Part shown: positions 10,299 through 18,963 of the stretch, piece after piece | Position numbering within the stretch: position 1 is the first letter of the stretch | How the letters are laid out: each line of letters begins with the position of its first letter | Assembly (NCBI GenBank): GCA_963837465.1 | Contig: CAWINB010000004.1 | Coordinates: forward strand, 138,853 to 202,852 | Direction: 5' to 3' | Length of the DNA stretch: 64,000 nt | Source of the DNA: Candidatus Doudnabacteria bacterium | Lineage (GTDB): Bacteria; Patescibacteriota; Doudnabacteria; UBA920 | Program-made: the position numbers and the translations under genes | Notes under the pieces: generated by a model | Database searches by the model: none | What the model was told of the DNA's origin: nothing | What the model saw: only the letters and a program-made list of their open reading frames with translations

Positions 10299-11681
10299 AT
10301 GAAATCTTTTTCCAAAAAATCCAGAAACAAAAAAACAATCATAATTGTAGGAACGGGCATCAGCGGTCTTATGGATGCTTTTGCTTTGCATCAAGCCGGT
10401 TTTAAGATTGAAGTTTATACCAAAGGACCAGACCCAAGAAGCGGTAAAAAACAAGACTACTATTCTTCCACCAGGAACGGGGAGCTGGGGAGGTTTATAA
10501 GCCGGTTTGAAGGAGAGCATTATTTGGGCAGTTCGCCTATGTATCCGGATATGAAAAAGGCTTTTCAGGTCCGGGTAGAAGACGGCGGATGGCTCGGCAA
10601 GCACGGCAACGAATTAAATTCTTTTGATAAAACCTGGCTGCAAAAACGCTGGGAAGCTTGCAACAACGAACAACAAATGCGCGACACGGAAAAGTTTTAT
10701 GTTGGAGCCAATGGCAAAGCCATGGAATTATGGCAAGACATAATTTTGGAATTTCCAAATCTCTTTAAGAATGCGGACTTGCTTAATACAGGAATTCTAA
10801 GAATTTATGATAAAGCGATACTTTTTGACTGGGCCGTATACAGGCACAAAAAAGAAAGCGTTTTGGAAAGGGCATTATTCCCAAAAGATATAATTAATGA
10901 CTATCCATACTTTGCCGAAGCAGTGGAACTTGGCTATACAAGCGGTGCCGTAGAAGCTCCCGGATTTTCTTTTAATATCCATAAATTTACCGACAATTTA
11001 ATTGACTACCTGGAACAGGAAGGCTCAAAATTTCATTGGGAGAAATGCGTTTACCGTGTTAAATTTTCTGCGCAAAAATTAGTTGAGGGGTTAGTGACTG
11101 AAGATGGAATTATTAAAGCCGATGGTTACGCTTTAAGCCCAGGTGCCTATGCCGAAGAAAGCCTTTATAAAGGTACTCCTGCAGCAGGTAAAGTTGGGGG
11201 CGTAGCGGGCAGATGGATGTTTATGGCAGCACCAAAAAGTTTTAAACGTCCTGTAAAAATACACGGGGATATGCGCTCTGAGAACGGAAAAACTTTTCCA
11301 ATAGTTGACATAAACCTGACTCATTTTACCGCTGATGACGGCAATAAATGGCTCGCTGTAGGAGGAGGGTATGCGTATTTAGGCAAGCCGCCGTTTAAAA
11401 CCACCAGCGCGGCTTTTGACGCCATCGACGCAGAAAATGAAAGAACGGTAAGCAGATTTCTAGGCCCCACTTACAGACAGGCGAAAAAAGACGGATTGCT
11501 TCGAAAAAGTATTGCTACTTGCGTAAGGTCTTTTACCTACGACGATTTGCCTGTTATGGAAAGCATAAAAACAGTCAACAAAGGCCTGTTAAGGATTAAT
11601 GTTGGGACTAATACAGGAACAACGACAATCTCTCCTTTTACGGCTTTGGAAACAGTTAAAGATTTTAGCCGCTTGTTATAA
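10299..11681 (+). CDS. FAD-dependent oxidoreductase (D-amino-acid oxidase/DadA-like)
   Basis: IIVGTGISG Rossmann motif; C-terminal CVRSFTYDDLP...G.TTISP. Confidence 0.8.
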   Translation: MKSFSKKSRNKKTIIIVGTGISGLMDAFALHQAGFKIEVYTKGPDPRSGKKQDYYSSTRNGELGRFISRFEGEHYLGSSPMYPDMKKAFQVRVEDGGWLGKHGNELNSFDKTWLQKRWEACNNEQQMRDTEKFYVGANGKAMELWQDIILEFPNLFKNADLLNTGILRIYDKAILFDWAVYRHKKESVLERALFPKDIINDYPYFAEAVELGYTSGAVEAPGFSFNIHKFTDNLIDYLEQEGSKFHWEKCVYRVKFSAQKLVEGLVTEDGIIKADGYALSPGAYAEESLYKGTPAAGKVGGVAGRWMFMAAPKSFKRPVKIHGDMRSENGKTFPIVDINLTHFTADDGNKWLAVGGGYAYLGKPPFKTTSAAFDAIDAENERTVSRFLGPTYRQAKKDGLLRKSIATCVRSFTYDDLPVMESIKTVNKGLLRINVGTNTGTTTISPFTALETVKDFSRLL

Positions 11682-11749
11682 TATATAAATTTAAATCGGT
11701 TGGAAAAATCTTTGGAGGGAAACCACAGCACAAAGGTTTTTTTATTTCT

Positions 11750-12475
11750 ATGAAATTTGTCAAAGTTAAAACCCGCGCCTTGTTGCCGCCGAAAGATGAT
11801 ATTTTTGGGGTGGTTGATAAATACCTGCCCAAACTCAAAGAAGGCGATGTTTTGCTCATCGCGTCCAAGATTTTAGCAATCCATCAGGGAAGATGCGTTA
11901 GAATTGAAAGCATAAAAAAATCCGCTCTGGTAAAAAAAGAGGCGGATTTTAGTTTGCCGGGAAATATGGTGGCGGGAGCGGAAATTATTTTGACCATAAA
12001 AGATTACACTTTAATTCCTTCCGCCGGAATTGATGAAAGCAACGGCAACGACTACTATATTTTATGGCCAAAAAATACAAATCGTCTTTGTAAGGATATT
12101 TGCGACTATTTAAAAAGGAAACATAAAATAAAAAGACTGGCGGTTGTGGCGACCGACAGCCACACTACTCCTTTACGCTGGGGCACGCAGGGCGTATCAA
12201 TCGGATTTTTTGGTTTGGAGCCATTGTATGATTACCGCGGCAAAAATGATATTTTTGGCCGCAAATTAAAATATACCCAAAGCAACATTGTAGACGCGCT
12301 TTCGGTTACCGCCGTACTTTTAATGGGCGAAGGAGCGGAAAAAACACCAATGGTAATCTGCCGCGGCGCGGAATTTGTAAACTTCACCACCAAGCACACC
12401 CATAAAAAATTGGTGATTGAGCCGAAAAAGGATTTGTATTATCCGCTACTAAGACAATTTAAAAGATTTAAATAA
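11750..12475 (+). CDS. CofE-like gamma-glutamyl ligase (putative folate polyglutamylation)
   Basis: IASKILAIHQGR, PSAGIDESN, TDSHTTPLRWG, DYRGKNDIFGR, MGEGAE. Confidence 0.9.
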   Translation: MKFVKVKTRALLPPKDDIFGVVDKYLPKLKEGDVLLIASKILAIHQGRCVRIESIKKSALVKKEADFSLPGNMVAGAEIILTIKDYTLIPSAGIDESNGNDYYILWPKNTNRLCKDICDYLKRKHKIKRLAVVATDSHTTPLRWGTQGVSIGFFGLEPLYDYRGKNDIFGRKLKYTQSNIVDALSVTAVLLMGEGAEKTPMVICRGAEFVNFTTKHTHKKLVIEPKKDLYYPLLRQFKRFK

Positions 12476-12542
12476 TTGACCAAAATTGACATAATTTAAC
12501 CGCAACCCATTCTTGTCATTCTTAGAATCTATTTTAAAATTT

Positions 12543-13061
12543 ATGATTAATCCTAAATACATCGCCATTGCCGCCATAACCATAGATGGCAAAATCGCCA
12601 AAGGCTCGGGACATATGTCCGACTGGACCAGCAAAGAAGACAAAAACTTTCTGCGTAAAATGCTGGACAAGTCCGATGTTATAATTGTCGGCAATAACAC
12701 TTACAAAACCGCAATCAAGCCGTTGTCAAAACGGAACTGTATTGTGTTTAGCAGATCAGCCGGTCAGTTTAACAGCAGATCAGCCAACCTGATGTACATA
12801 AACCCAAACAAAACTGATATAAAAAAACTAATAAAAAATTTAGGTTACAAAAAAATTGCCGTTTTAGGCGGCGCGCAAACTTACAGCTACTTTTTGGAAA
12901 CTAATTTACTGAATGAAATTTATTTAACCATAGAACCCCTGGCCTTTGGCACCGGCATCAGCCTATTTTCCAACAAAAAACCCGGCGACTATAAATTTAA
13001 GCTCGTCTCCATAAAAAAATTGAACAAAAAGGGAAGCGTGCTTTTGAGATATAAAAAATAA
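12543..13061 (+). CDS. Dihydrofolate reductase / RibD C-terminal family
   Basis: AITIDGKIA, IVGNNTY, LGGAQTY, IYLTIEP..FGTG. Confidence 0.85.
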   Translation: MINPKYIAIAAITIDGKIAKGSGHMSDWTSKEDKNFLRKMLDKSDVIIVGNNTYKTAIKPLSKRNCIVFSRSAGQFNSRSANLMYINPNKTDIKKLIKNLGYKKIAVLGGAQTYSYFLETNLLNEIYLTIEPLAFGTGISLFSNKKPGDYKFKLVSIKKLNKKGSVLLRYKK

Positions 13062-13154
13062 AAGAGCAGGCGCACGAAGTCCTGCTCTTAAATGCGGGGA
13101 TGAGGCTCCCAGAGACGGCGTTTAACGCGCGCCAATCGATAATATCCCCCTATT

Positions 13155-13628
13155 TTATTTTGGCTCATTATCCACCCCGGCCGCTTCTTCGAGGGTCTTC
13201 CCCAAGTCAGAAAATAACAGCGCCTCTGGCTTAACCTTAAGCACTCCGGAGATTTTCATCAGGTTTGCCAGATTCCACCCTCCCAAGCCTATTGATTCGC
13301 CGCTGAGCACTCGCCCGGTAAAAGATGGGTTCATGGCCAATTTTTTGGCGAACTGGTTGATGCTCTTAATTCCCTGCAAAACCCACAACAAATAAATATT
13401 TTCCGTTACGCGACCGAGCACACCGGGACGCTGGATATAAATCCAGCACAGGGAATTAAATAACCTGAGGCTTTCCTGAAGTTCGGCCATTTGGTAGAGT
13501 ATGGCCATAGACAGAATGGGAAGCAATGTCCGCATTTGTGACTCCAAATCTGAGTCCTTAAGCGCATACAATTTTTCCTCATCCTTTAACGACAGGCAGC
13601 TCTTCCCTGCAATAATTCTTTTTTCCAT
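13155..13628 (-). CDS. XRE-like HTH protein (paralog 3)
   Basis: C-terminal HTH: SINQFAKKL...KISGVLKVKPEALLFSDL; strong SD. Confidence 0.65.
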   Translation of the reverse strand: MEKRIIAGKSCLSLKDEEKLYALKDSDLESQMRTLLPILSMAILYQMAELQESLRLFNSLCWIYIQRPGVLGRVTENIYLLWVLQGIKSINQFAKKLAMNPSFTGRVLSGESIGLGGWNLANLMKISGVLKVKPEALLFSDLGKTLEEAAGVDNEPK

Positions 13629-13767
13629 CTCTATTCCTCCTTATTTTAGGGTTTTACCCTTCTAAATTCACCAACGCTGACGAACTTAGAAGGCGGGACA
13701 AAGTTGCTTGTCCCGTTAGGGCGAGATGTCCTCGCAAAGTAAATTTCCTCCAAATATATTTTTTAGC

Positions 13768-14232
13768 TTATTCGCTAGGTTTAACCTCCGAAACGGACTT
13801 TAAAAGTTTTTCTCGAAGGTCAACACAGAGCAAGGTATAAACCGAAGCACCAAGCGCTTCGGCAATACCGACAAAGGTTAGAGGTCTTGTCTTCTCAAAA
13901 TTCTTTAACCGTAGGTCGAGCATTCGACTCATTGTGCTTTGCGAACATCCGGATAATTCAGCCAACTTATAAATGGACAATTCGTGCAAGCCCATGAGAA
14001 GATGGACGTTTCCCTTAAAGCGTTTATGCACGGCCGGGTCTTTCAGCAACCTTTCAAATTTTTCAGAAAGGAGGCGGAGAGACCTTAACAGCTGCAGAGA
14101 CATCTGCAGAGCTTTAAAGTCATCGGGGCTTAGGGGTTCCAGTGGTTCGGGAGTGCAGGTGCTTTCTGGGACCATCGCCTTTTTTCCTGTCCCTCTGGGA
14201 CGCCCACGCCTTTCTATTTGCTTCTTACTCAT
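13768..14232 (-). CDS. XRE-like HTH protein with AT-hook-like RGRP (paralog 2)
   Basis: RRGRPRG; SIYKLAELSGCSQSTMSRML...IAEALGASVYTLL. Confidence 0.7.
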   Translation of the reverse strand: MSKKQIERRGRPRGTGKKAMVPESTCTPEPLEPLSPDDFKALQMSLQLLRSLRLLSEKFERLLKDPAVHKRFKGNVHLLMGLHELSIYKLAELSGCSQSTMSRMLDLRLKNFEKTRPLTFVGIAEALGASVYTLLCVDLREKLLKSVSEVKPSE

Positions 14233-14626
14233 CACAATACTCCTTTTTGCACTCAATCTCTTTCAGCCGATTTTCAAATTCCTGTCGAAGGTCAGCCGTA
14301 AGCAATATGCTTGGTTTGACTCGTAAGGACAATGCTATCAGCCGTAGCGTTTCAACACTTGGGTTGAAGTTTGGAAAATCCTTCCTAAGTAGCCTACCAA
14401 CATAGCTTCTGTTTTTGCCTGACGCTACCGACAGCTCTTCTGCTCCCATATTACGAAGACCCATCAAGACTTGAATGTTGCTAATCAGGATGTCCTGATT
14501 TTGGGTGTCCACCAAGTGAACCGAAATCCCAGTGAGCAGTAACTTAAAAATTTGTTTCAAGCTGGCCATACTGGCACCCTGCAACACCAGGTTATCCAAA
14601 AATGCCGCCTGATCTTTGGTTAGCAT
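14225..14626 (-). CDS. XRE-like HTH protein (paralog 1)
   Basis: AEELSVASGKNRSYVGRLL..NPSVETLRLIALSLRVKPSILL. Confidence 0.75.
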   Translation of the reverse strand: MLTKDQAAFLDNLVLQGASMASLKQIFKLLLTGISVHLVDTQNQDILISNIQVLMGLRNMGAEELSVASGKNRSYVGRLLRKDFPNFNPSVETLRLIALSLRVKPSILLTADLRQEFENRLKEIECKKEYCDE

Positions 14627-14655
14627 TAGTCCCCCTAAACTTTGACGTATTCATG

Positions 14656-14822
14656 CCCCGCCGGGTATTTTTATTTTGACTAAAGAATCTAACATAAATT
14701 ATTACTATTGTCAATAGATATTTACTTTGGCTAAGTTATTTTTAGCTATAATTAAAGGTTAAATTGGAAACTAAATAATTTTGTGAATAAATATTGACAC
14801 AAATGTTAGGACAGGGTATAAT
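14656..14822. promoter_or_regulatory. Divergent promoter region, paralogous to 17264-17432
   Basis: Minus: TTGACA-17-TAGATT with TG; plus: TTGACA-17-TATAAT; shared ccccgccgggtattttt and ttttgtg..atattgacacaa motifs. Confidence 0.75.
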
Positions 14823-14847
14823 GATATTAGGATATTAATATACATTT

Positions 14848-15618
14848 ATGGCGGAAAATAATTTTGAATTACAAAAAGCGCTGCTTTCTTTAAATTTCAG
14901 TGAAAAAGAAGCAAATGTTTATTTGGCCCTTTTGGAATTGGGCCAGGGTAGCGTGTCGGAAATCGCGAGGAAGTCCAATATTAACCGGACACACGGGTAT
15001 AATGTGCTGGCCGCGCTTTCTTCGAGAGGATTGGTCAGTATTTCCGGCAAGGAGCCGAAGCAGGAATATGTGGCGGAGTCGCCGGATAAGATTAAAGATA
15101 TGCTTAGGGCGGAAATTAAAAAAAATGAGGGATTTTTAAAACAGGCTGACAATGTAATCCCTAAATTAAAATCCATCCGAACCGTCCGCGGCCGCCCTCA
15201 AGTACGGTTTTACGAAGGCAAAGAGGGATTGAAACAAATTTACGAAGACACACTAACTTCCCACGAAACAATTTTAGCCTATGCCAGCGTGGAAGATACG
15301 CAAAGTACCCTACCGGACTTTTTTCCAAGTTATTATTTTAGACGCGCCGACAAAAATATTCATATTCGGGCGGTGTTTCCTGACACTGCCGAAGCCCGCA
15401 AACTGGTTAAATCCAATAAAATCCAAAAAAGGGAAACGGTATTAGTACCGTCCCAAAAATATTCCTTTTCCCCGGAAATAAATATTTACGACAACAAAGT
15501 TATGATAGCATCGTGGCGGGAAAAGCTTGGTATAACCATAGAAAGCCATGAAATATCCGATGCCATGAAAAAAATATTTGAGTTGGCGTGGATTGGTGCT
15601 AAAAGTTTAGAAAAATAG
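14848..15618 (+). CDS. TrmB-like transcriptional regulator 1
   Basis: EKEANVYLALLELG wHTH; FYEGKEG; EINIYDNKV...IFELAW. Confidence 0.9.
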   Translation: MAENNFELQKALLSLNFSEKEANVYLALLELGQGSVSEIARKSNINRTHGYNVLAALSSRGLVSISGKEPKQEYVAESPDKIKDMLRAEIKKNEGFLKQADNVIPKLKSIRTVRGRPQVRFYEGKEGLKQIYEDTLTSHETILAYASVEDTQSTLPDFFPSYYFRRADKNIHIRAVFPDTAEARKLVKSNKIQKRETVLVPSQKYSFSPEINIYDNKVMIASWREKLGITIESHEISDAMKKIFELAWIGAKSLEK

Positions 15619-15677
15619 GCAAAAGAAAAAGGCAGCACCGGATGCTGCCTTTAAAGTTACGAGCGTAGTCAGCAAAA

Positions 15678-16061
15678 TTATTTTTTCCTTCGGCGCCTCC
15701 TCATTTTTTGCTCCAGCTTAGCTATGGCGGCGTCAATGGAAAACTTGCCCGAACCGGCCTCTTTAGCCAACAAAACCTGGTGGGATTGGTCGGCTTTAAA
15801 GTCAATAATAGTAAAAGCCTGTCCGGTTGTTTCCACTACTTCAGGTACTTGATTGACAAATTGCGAGCGGCAGCAGCGGCATTCCCAAAGGTCTTCGTCG
15901 TTTCTGTCGACCTGGTTTTGAGAACATACCGGACAACCAAGCCATTTCTGGCGGGACCGCAACTCCTCCAAGGCAACGGCTGGACAACCAGGCTTATGAC
16001 CCTCTGTTTGCCTGCAATGAGGACAGGGAATTGCAAACATTTGTCTCGATCCAATAAACAT
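15678..16061 (-). CDS. Hypothetical zinc-ribbon protein
   Basis: CPHC..H..GC and CPVC..CRCC; basic tail; SD aaggagg. Confidence 0.7.
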   Translation of the reverse strand: MFIGSRQMFAIPCPHCRQTEGHKPGCPAVALEELRSRQKWLGCPVCSQNQVDRNDEDLWECRCCRSQFVNQVPEVVETTGQAFTIIDFKADQSHQVLLAKEAGSGKFSIDAAIAKLEQKMRRRRRKK

Positions 16062-16191
16062 AAAATCCTCCTTCCAGAGCCTTAGACTCTTCCAAAAAAA
16101 CTAAAAATAATTTTCTTGGAAGAACGGACGAGAGGGCAAGGCTCGTCCTAAAGCGTGATGATAAAACATCACAAATCTGGACATAACGCCG

Positions 16192-16770
16192 CTATGCGGT
16201 TAAGTCAATATATTTGGTCGGCACCAAATGGAGCATAAAATTGGTTTTTCCGGCCCCAAGCTCCAATCGTACCCCGCTTTTCATCTCCGCATTGCTGGTA
16301 TTATCGAGTATGTAGCCGACTAAGCAATCGGCGTTGCTATAAGTTACGTGTACAGGATTGCCAGCGGTGAACTCGACTCCGTCCAGCTGCTGAATTACTT
16401 CGACAGGAACGGGCTTCCGGTTGTCGTAACCTTCGTCGGCGAAGAGGTATACTTCCGGAAACCGGTGATAGGTGAGTGTCCATTGAAACCACTCGGCAAA
16501 TCTTAAATGGCTAATGGTTTCAGTTGGCTCGTCGCCCTTGTATTCCTCCAAAAAACTTAGGTAGTCATTAATGGCGCCTTGGCGAAGCGCGGACAGCGGA
16601 ATTCGTATGGGCATCTCATGATCACTGAACAGTTCCGGAAATGCCAAGTTGAACTTAGCGATGACTTCGTCATCGTCCACTCCCCAGCTAAGCCAAGTAA
16701 CCAAATACTTCAGCCACGGATCTTTGAGCTTGCAGACGTTTTCCCAATTGCGATGGTATTGAATTTTCAT
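16192..16770 (-). CDS. Hypothetical protein (orphan)
   Basis: 192-aa ORF with SD aaggagg. Confidence 0.7.
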   Translation of the reverse strand: MKIQYHRNWENVCKLKDPWLKYLVTWLSWGVDDDEVIAKFNLAFPELFSDHEMPIRIPLSALRQGAINDYLSFLEEYKGDEPTETISHLRFAEWFQWTLTYHRFPEVYLFADEGYDNRKPVPVEVIQQLDGVEFTAGNPVHVTYSNADCLVGYILDNTSNAEMKSGVRLELGAGKTNFMLHLVPTKYIDLTA

Positions 16771-16901
16771 TTACTGCCTCCTTTAAAATTAGAGCTTGTG
16801 CTCCTCTCAAAACACAAAATGTTAATGTTTTGGGAGGAGCGGATAAACTAAATTTATCCGCCAGTTTCTTCTAAATAACCCCCTTATCTTTGTAGTCGTT
16901 T

Positions 16902-17243
16902 TTAATCGCTTATTTTCTCATCGGCTTTCCATTGCCTGAGCACCCGAATTTCAGCGTCAAGAAATATCCGCATAAATTCGACTGGGTCAGAGCAAGGGAT
17001 TGGCGTGCCGGTCGGGCCGTTGAACCCAAAGCAGAGATAACCCGATGGCTCGACAGATTCGCGAAACCCAATATTGAAGTAGCGAAAACGGTTCTTTACG
17101 AACTCAATTCGCTGCTTGCAAGTCTCGCAGGGTGCGCTGGCCGGACATCCGCCAACATGAAAAAACATCTGTCCTTGGCCGCTGGAAAAGAAGCGTGGCT
17201 TGCTCCAGCCTGCAATCTGAATCTGGTAGTGAGTTAGGATCAT
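16902..17243 (-). CDS. Hypothetical Cys-containing protein (orphan)
   Basis: SD aaggag; first gene after minus-strand promoter; CPASAPCETC. Confidence 0.65.
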   Translation of the reverse strand: MILTHYQIQIAGWSKPRFFSSGQGQMFFHVGGCPASAPCETCKQRIEFVKNRFRYFNIGFRESVEPSGYLCFGFNGPTGTPIPCSDPVEFMRIFLDAEIRVLRQWKADEKISD

Positions 17244-17263
17244 GTTAATGTGCTCCTTGCGTA

Positions 17264-17432
17264 ACCCCGCCGGGTATTTTTGATTTTAACTGTCAAAAAT
17301 AACATATATTCAAAATATTGTCAATAATTAACGTCAAATTAATCTTCTTTATTGGTTTTATTTAAGGTATTTTTAAGTATTTTATATATTTTGTGGATTT
17401 ATATTGACACAATTTAAAACACGTCCTATAAT
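17264..17432. promoter_or_regulatory. Divergent promoter region, paralogous to 14656-14822
   Basis: Minus: TTGACA-17-TATTTT with TG; plus: TTGACA-17-TATAAT. Confidence 0.75.
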
Positions 17433-17441
17433 TAAAGCGCT

Positions 17442-18239
17442 ATGATCAAAACCGATTCACCTCTATATAAAGGTTTAATTTTAATTGGCTTTTCGCAAAA
17501 AGAAGCCAGTGTGTATTTGGCTTTGCTGGAATTGGGCAAACGGACCGTTTCTCCAATTGCTCGGTCAGCCAATATTAACCGAACCACGGTTTACGATATT
17601 TTGGCTTCGTTAATAGCAAAAGGCTTGGTAAGCGTTTCGGGAAAAGAACCACTGCAAGAGTACGTGGCGGAGTCGCCGGAAAAAGTTTTAAGGCTAATAC
17701 AAAAGGAAGTGGAAGACAAACAAGAAAATTTAAAAATAGCAGGGGAGTTAGTTCCCCAGCTTAAATCTATTTATAATGTTTCAGATAGGCCCAAGGTAAG
17801 GTTTTACGAAGGCAAAGAAGGGCTTCAGCAAGTTTATGAAGATACTTTAACTTCCCACGAAACAATTTTGGCTTATGCCAACGTAAAAGAAATGCATAGC
17901 GCTTTACCGGATTATTTTCCCAAATATTACAAACGCAGGACTAACCACGGAGTGCGCATACGCGCGATCGTTCCATCAAATAAAGAGGGAGCCGAACGGA
18001 CCAGCAAAGACAATGAAGAAGCGCGCGAGTCCGCCCTTGTCCCTGAAGATAAAGTCTACTTCTCTCCCGAAATTAACATTTATGACAATAAGGTTATGAT
18101 TGCGTCATGGAAGGAAAAACTGGGAATCATTATAGAAAGCAAAGAAATATCGGACGCGATGAAAACTATTTATGAATTAGCCTGGAGCGAAGCCAAAAGA
18201 TTAGAAAAAAGCTTACCAGCTATTGCAAAAATTCCTTAG
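17442..18239 (+). CDS. TrmB-like transcriptional regulator 2
   Basis: Close paralog of 14848-15618 (SGKEP.QEYVAESP, YEDTLTSHETILAYA). Confidence 0.9.
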   Translation: MIKTDSPLYKGLILIGFSQKEASVYLALLELGKRTVSPIARSANINRTTVYDILASLIAKGLVSVSGKEPLQEYVAESPEKVLRLIQKEVEDKQENLKIAGELVPQLKSIYNVSDRPKVRFYEGKEGLQQVYEDTLTSHETILAYANVKEMHSALPDYFPKYYKRRTNHGVRIRAIVPSNKEGAERTSKDNEEARESALVPEDKVYFSPEINIYDNKVMIASWKEKLGIIIESKEISDAMKTIYELAWSEAKRLEKSLPAIAKIP

Positions 18240-18257
18240 ATCTGCTATACTAAGTAT

Positions 18258-18475
18258 AGAAAAGTTAGTTCTTCATTCGAAGAAACCAAAATAAAAAACA
18301 AATCAATAGTTTTTAATTGCCTTATCGTGAGATAATGCTTATATTGCCCTTACTTTTAGGGCGACGGGTCGCAAGGTTTGCTTGCGGCTCACAAAAAACT
18401 TCTTTTGGCTTTTCGAGAATAACCCCTTTTACCAAACAGGCCCGACGGCCTTGGTAAATTAAGGGGTTTTTCTTT
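18258..18475 (+). ncRNA. Candidate structured sRNA
   Basis: Own promoter TTGCAA-17-TATACT with TG, three hairpins enclosed by long-range stem, terminator 18421-18475. Confidence 0.5.
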
Positions 18476-18575
18476 TGTTGGATTTAGTGTAAAATAGGAA
18501 AGCTTAATAAATTTTATGCTGATTTACAGATTATCTGATTTTACAGATAATCTGTAAATCGGAATCAATATCTAT

Positions 18576-18854
18576 ATGGATCAAGACGATATCAAAACTT
18601 TGTTTGACGACAAATACAAAAAACTGCTTGGCCAGTCCTACGAGGAATGGTCGGAAAACGGCCCGCAAAACGAAACCGAAGCCTACGCGCGCCTGCAGGA
18701 AATTGACGACGAGTTAAGGGAAAGCCACGACGAATGGTATGAAGCCGAAGGCGATAAAAAAGAAGAGCTGGAAGAATACCGCGACAAGCTGAAAGCGGAA
18801 TATGATTTCATAGAAGCGGCTTTTGGGCTGGAGGCTCCGGATAAGAATTGGTAG
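18576..18854 (+). CDS. Acidic hypothetical protein
   Basis: 92-aa ORF, host-like codon usage. Confidence 0.75.
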   Translation: MDQDDIKTLFDDKYKKLLGQSYEEWSENGPQNETEAYARLQEIDDELRESHDEWYEAEGDKKEELEEYRDKLKAEYDFIEAAFGLEAPDKNW

Positions 18855-18859
18855 GTTAG

Positions 18860-18960
18860 TGACAAAAATGACATAATTGACAAAATTGAACAAAATTTAG
18901 CTCCGGGGCTTTAGCTAAATTTTGTCAATTTTTTAAATCTTTTAAATTTTGTTCAATTAA
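18860..18960. repeat. Inverted pair of nonamer tandem arrays (aattgacaa-type)
   Basis: tgacaaaaatgacataattgacaaaattgaacaaaa ... ttttgtcaatt..ttttgttcaatt. Confidence 0.75.
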
Positions 18961-18963
18961 TTC

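Noticed and set aside
11704-11741. THF or other known riboswitch before the CofE-like gene
   Set aside because: Only one short hairpin in a 68-bp gap; too small, with no recognisable consensus.
13155-17243. Prophage remnant
   Set aside because: HTH and zinc-ribbon orphans are present, but there is no integrase, structural or replication gene and no att repeats.
18860-18960. CRISPR array
   Set aside because: The repeats are degenerate 9-mers without unique spacers, and there are no cas genes in the window.
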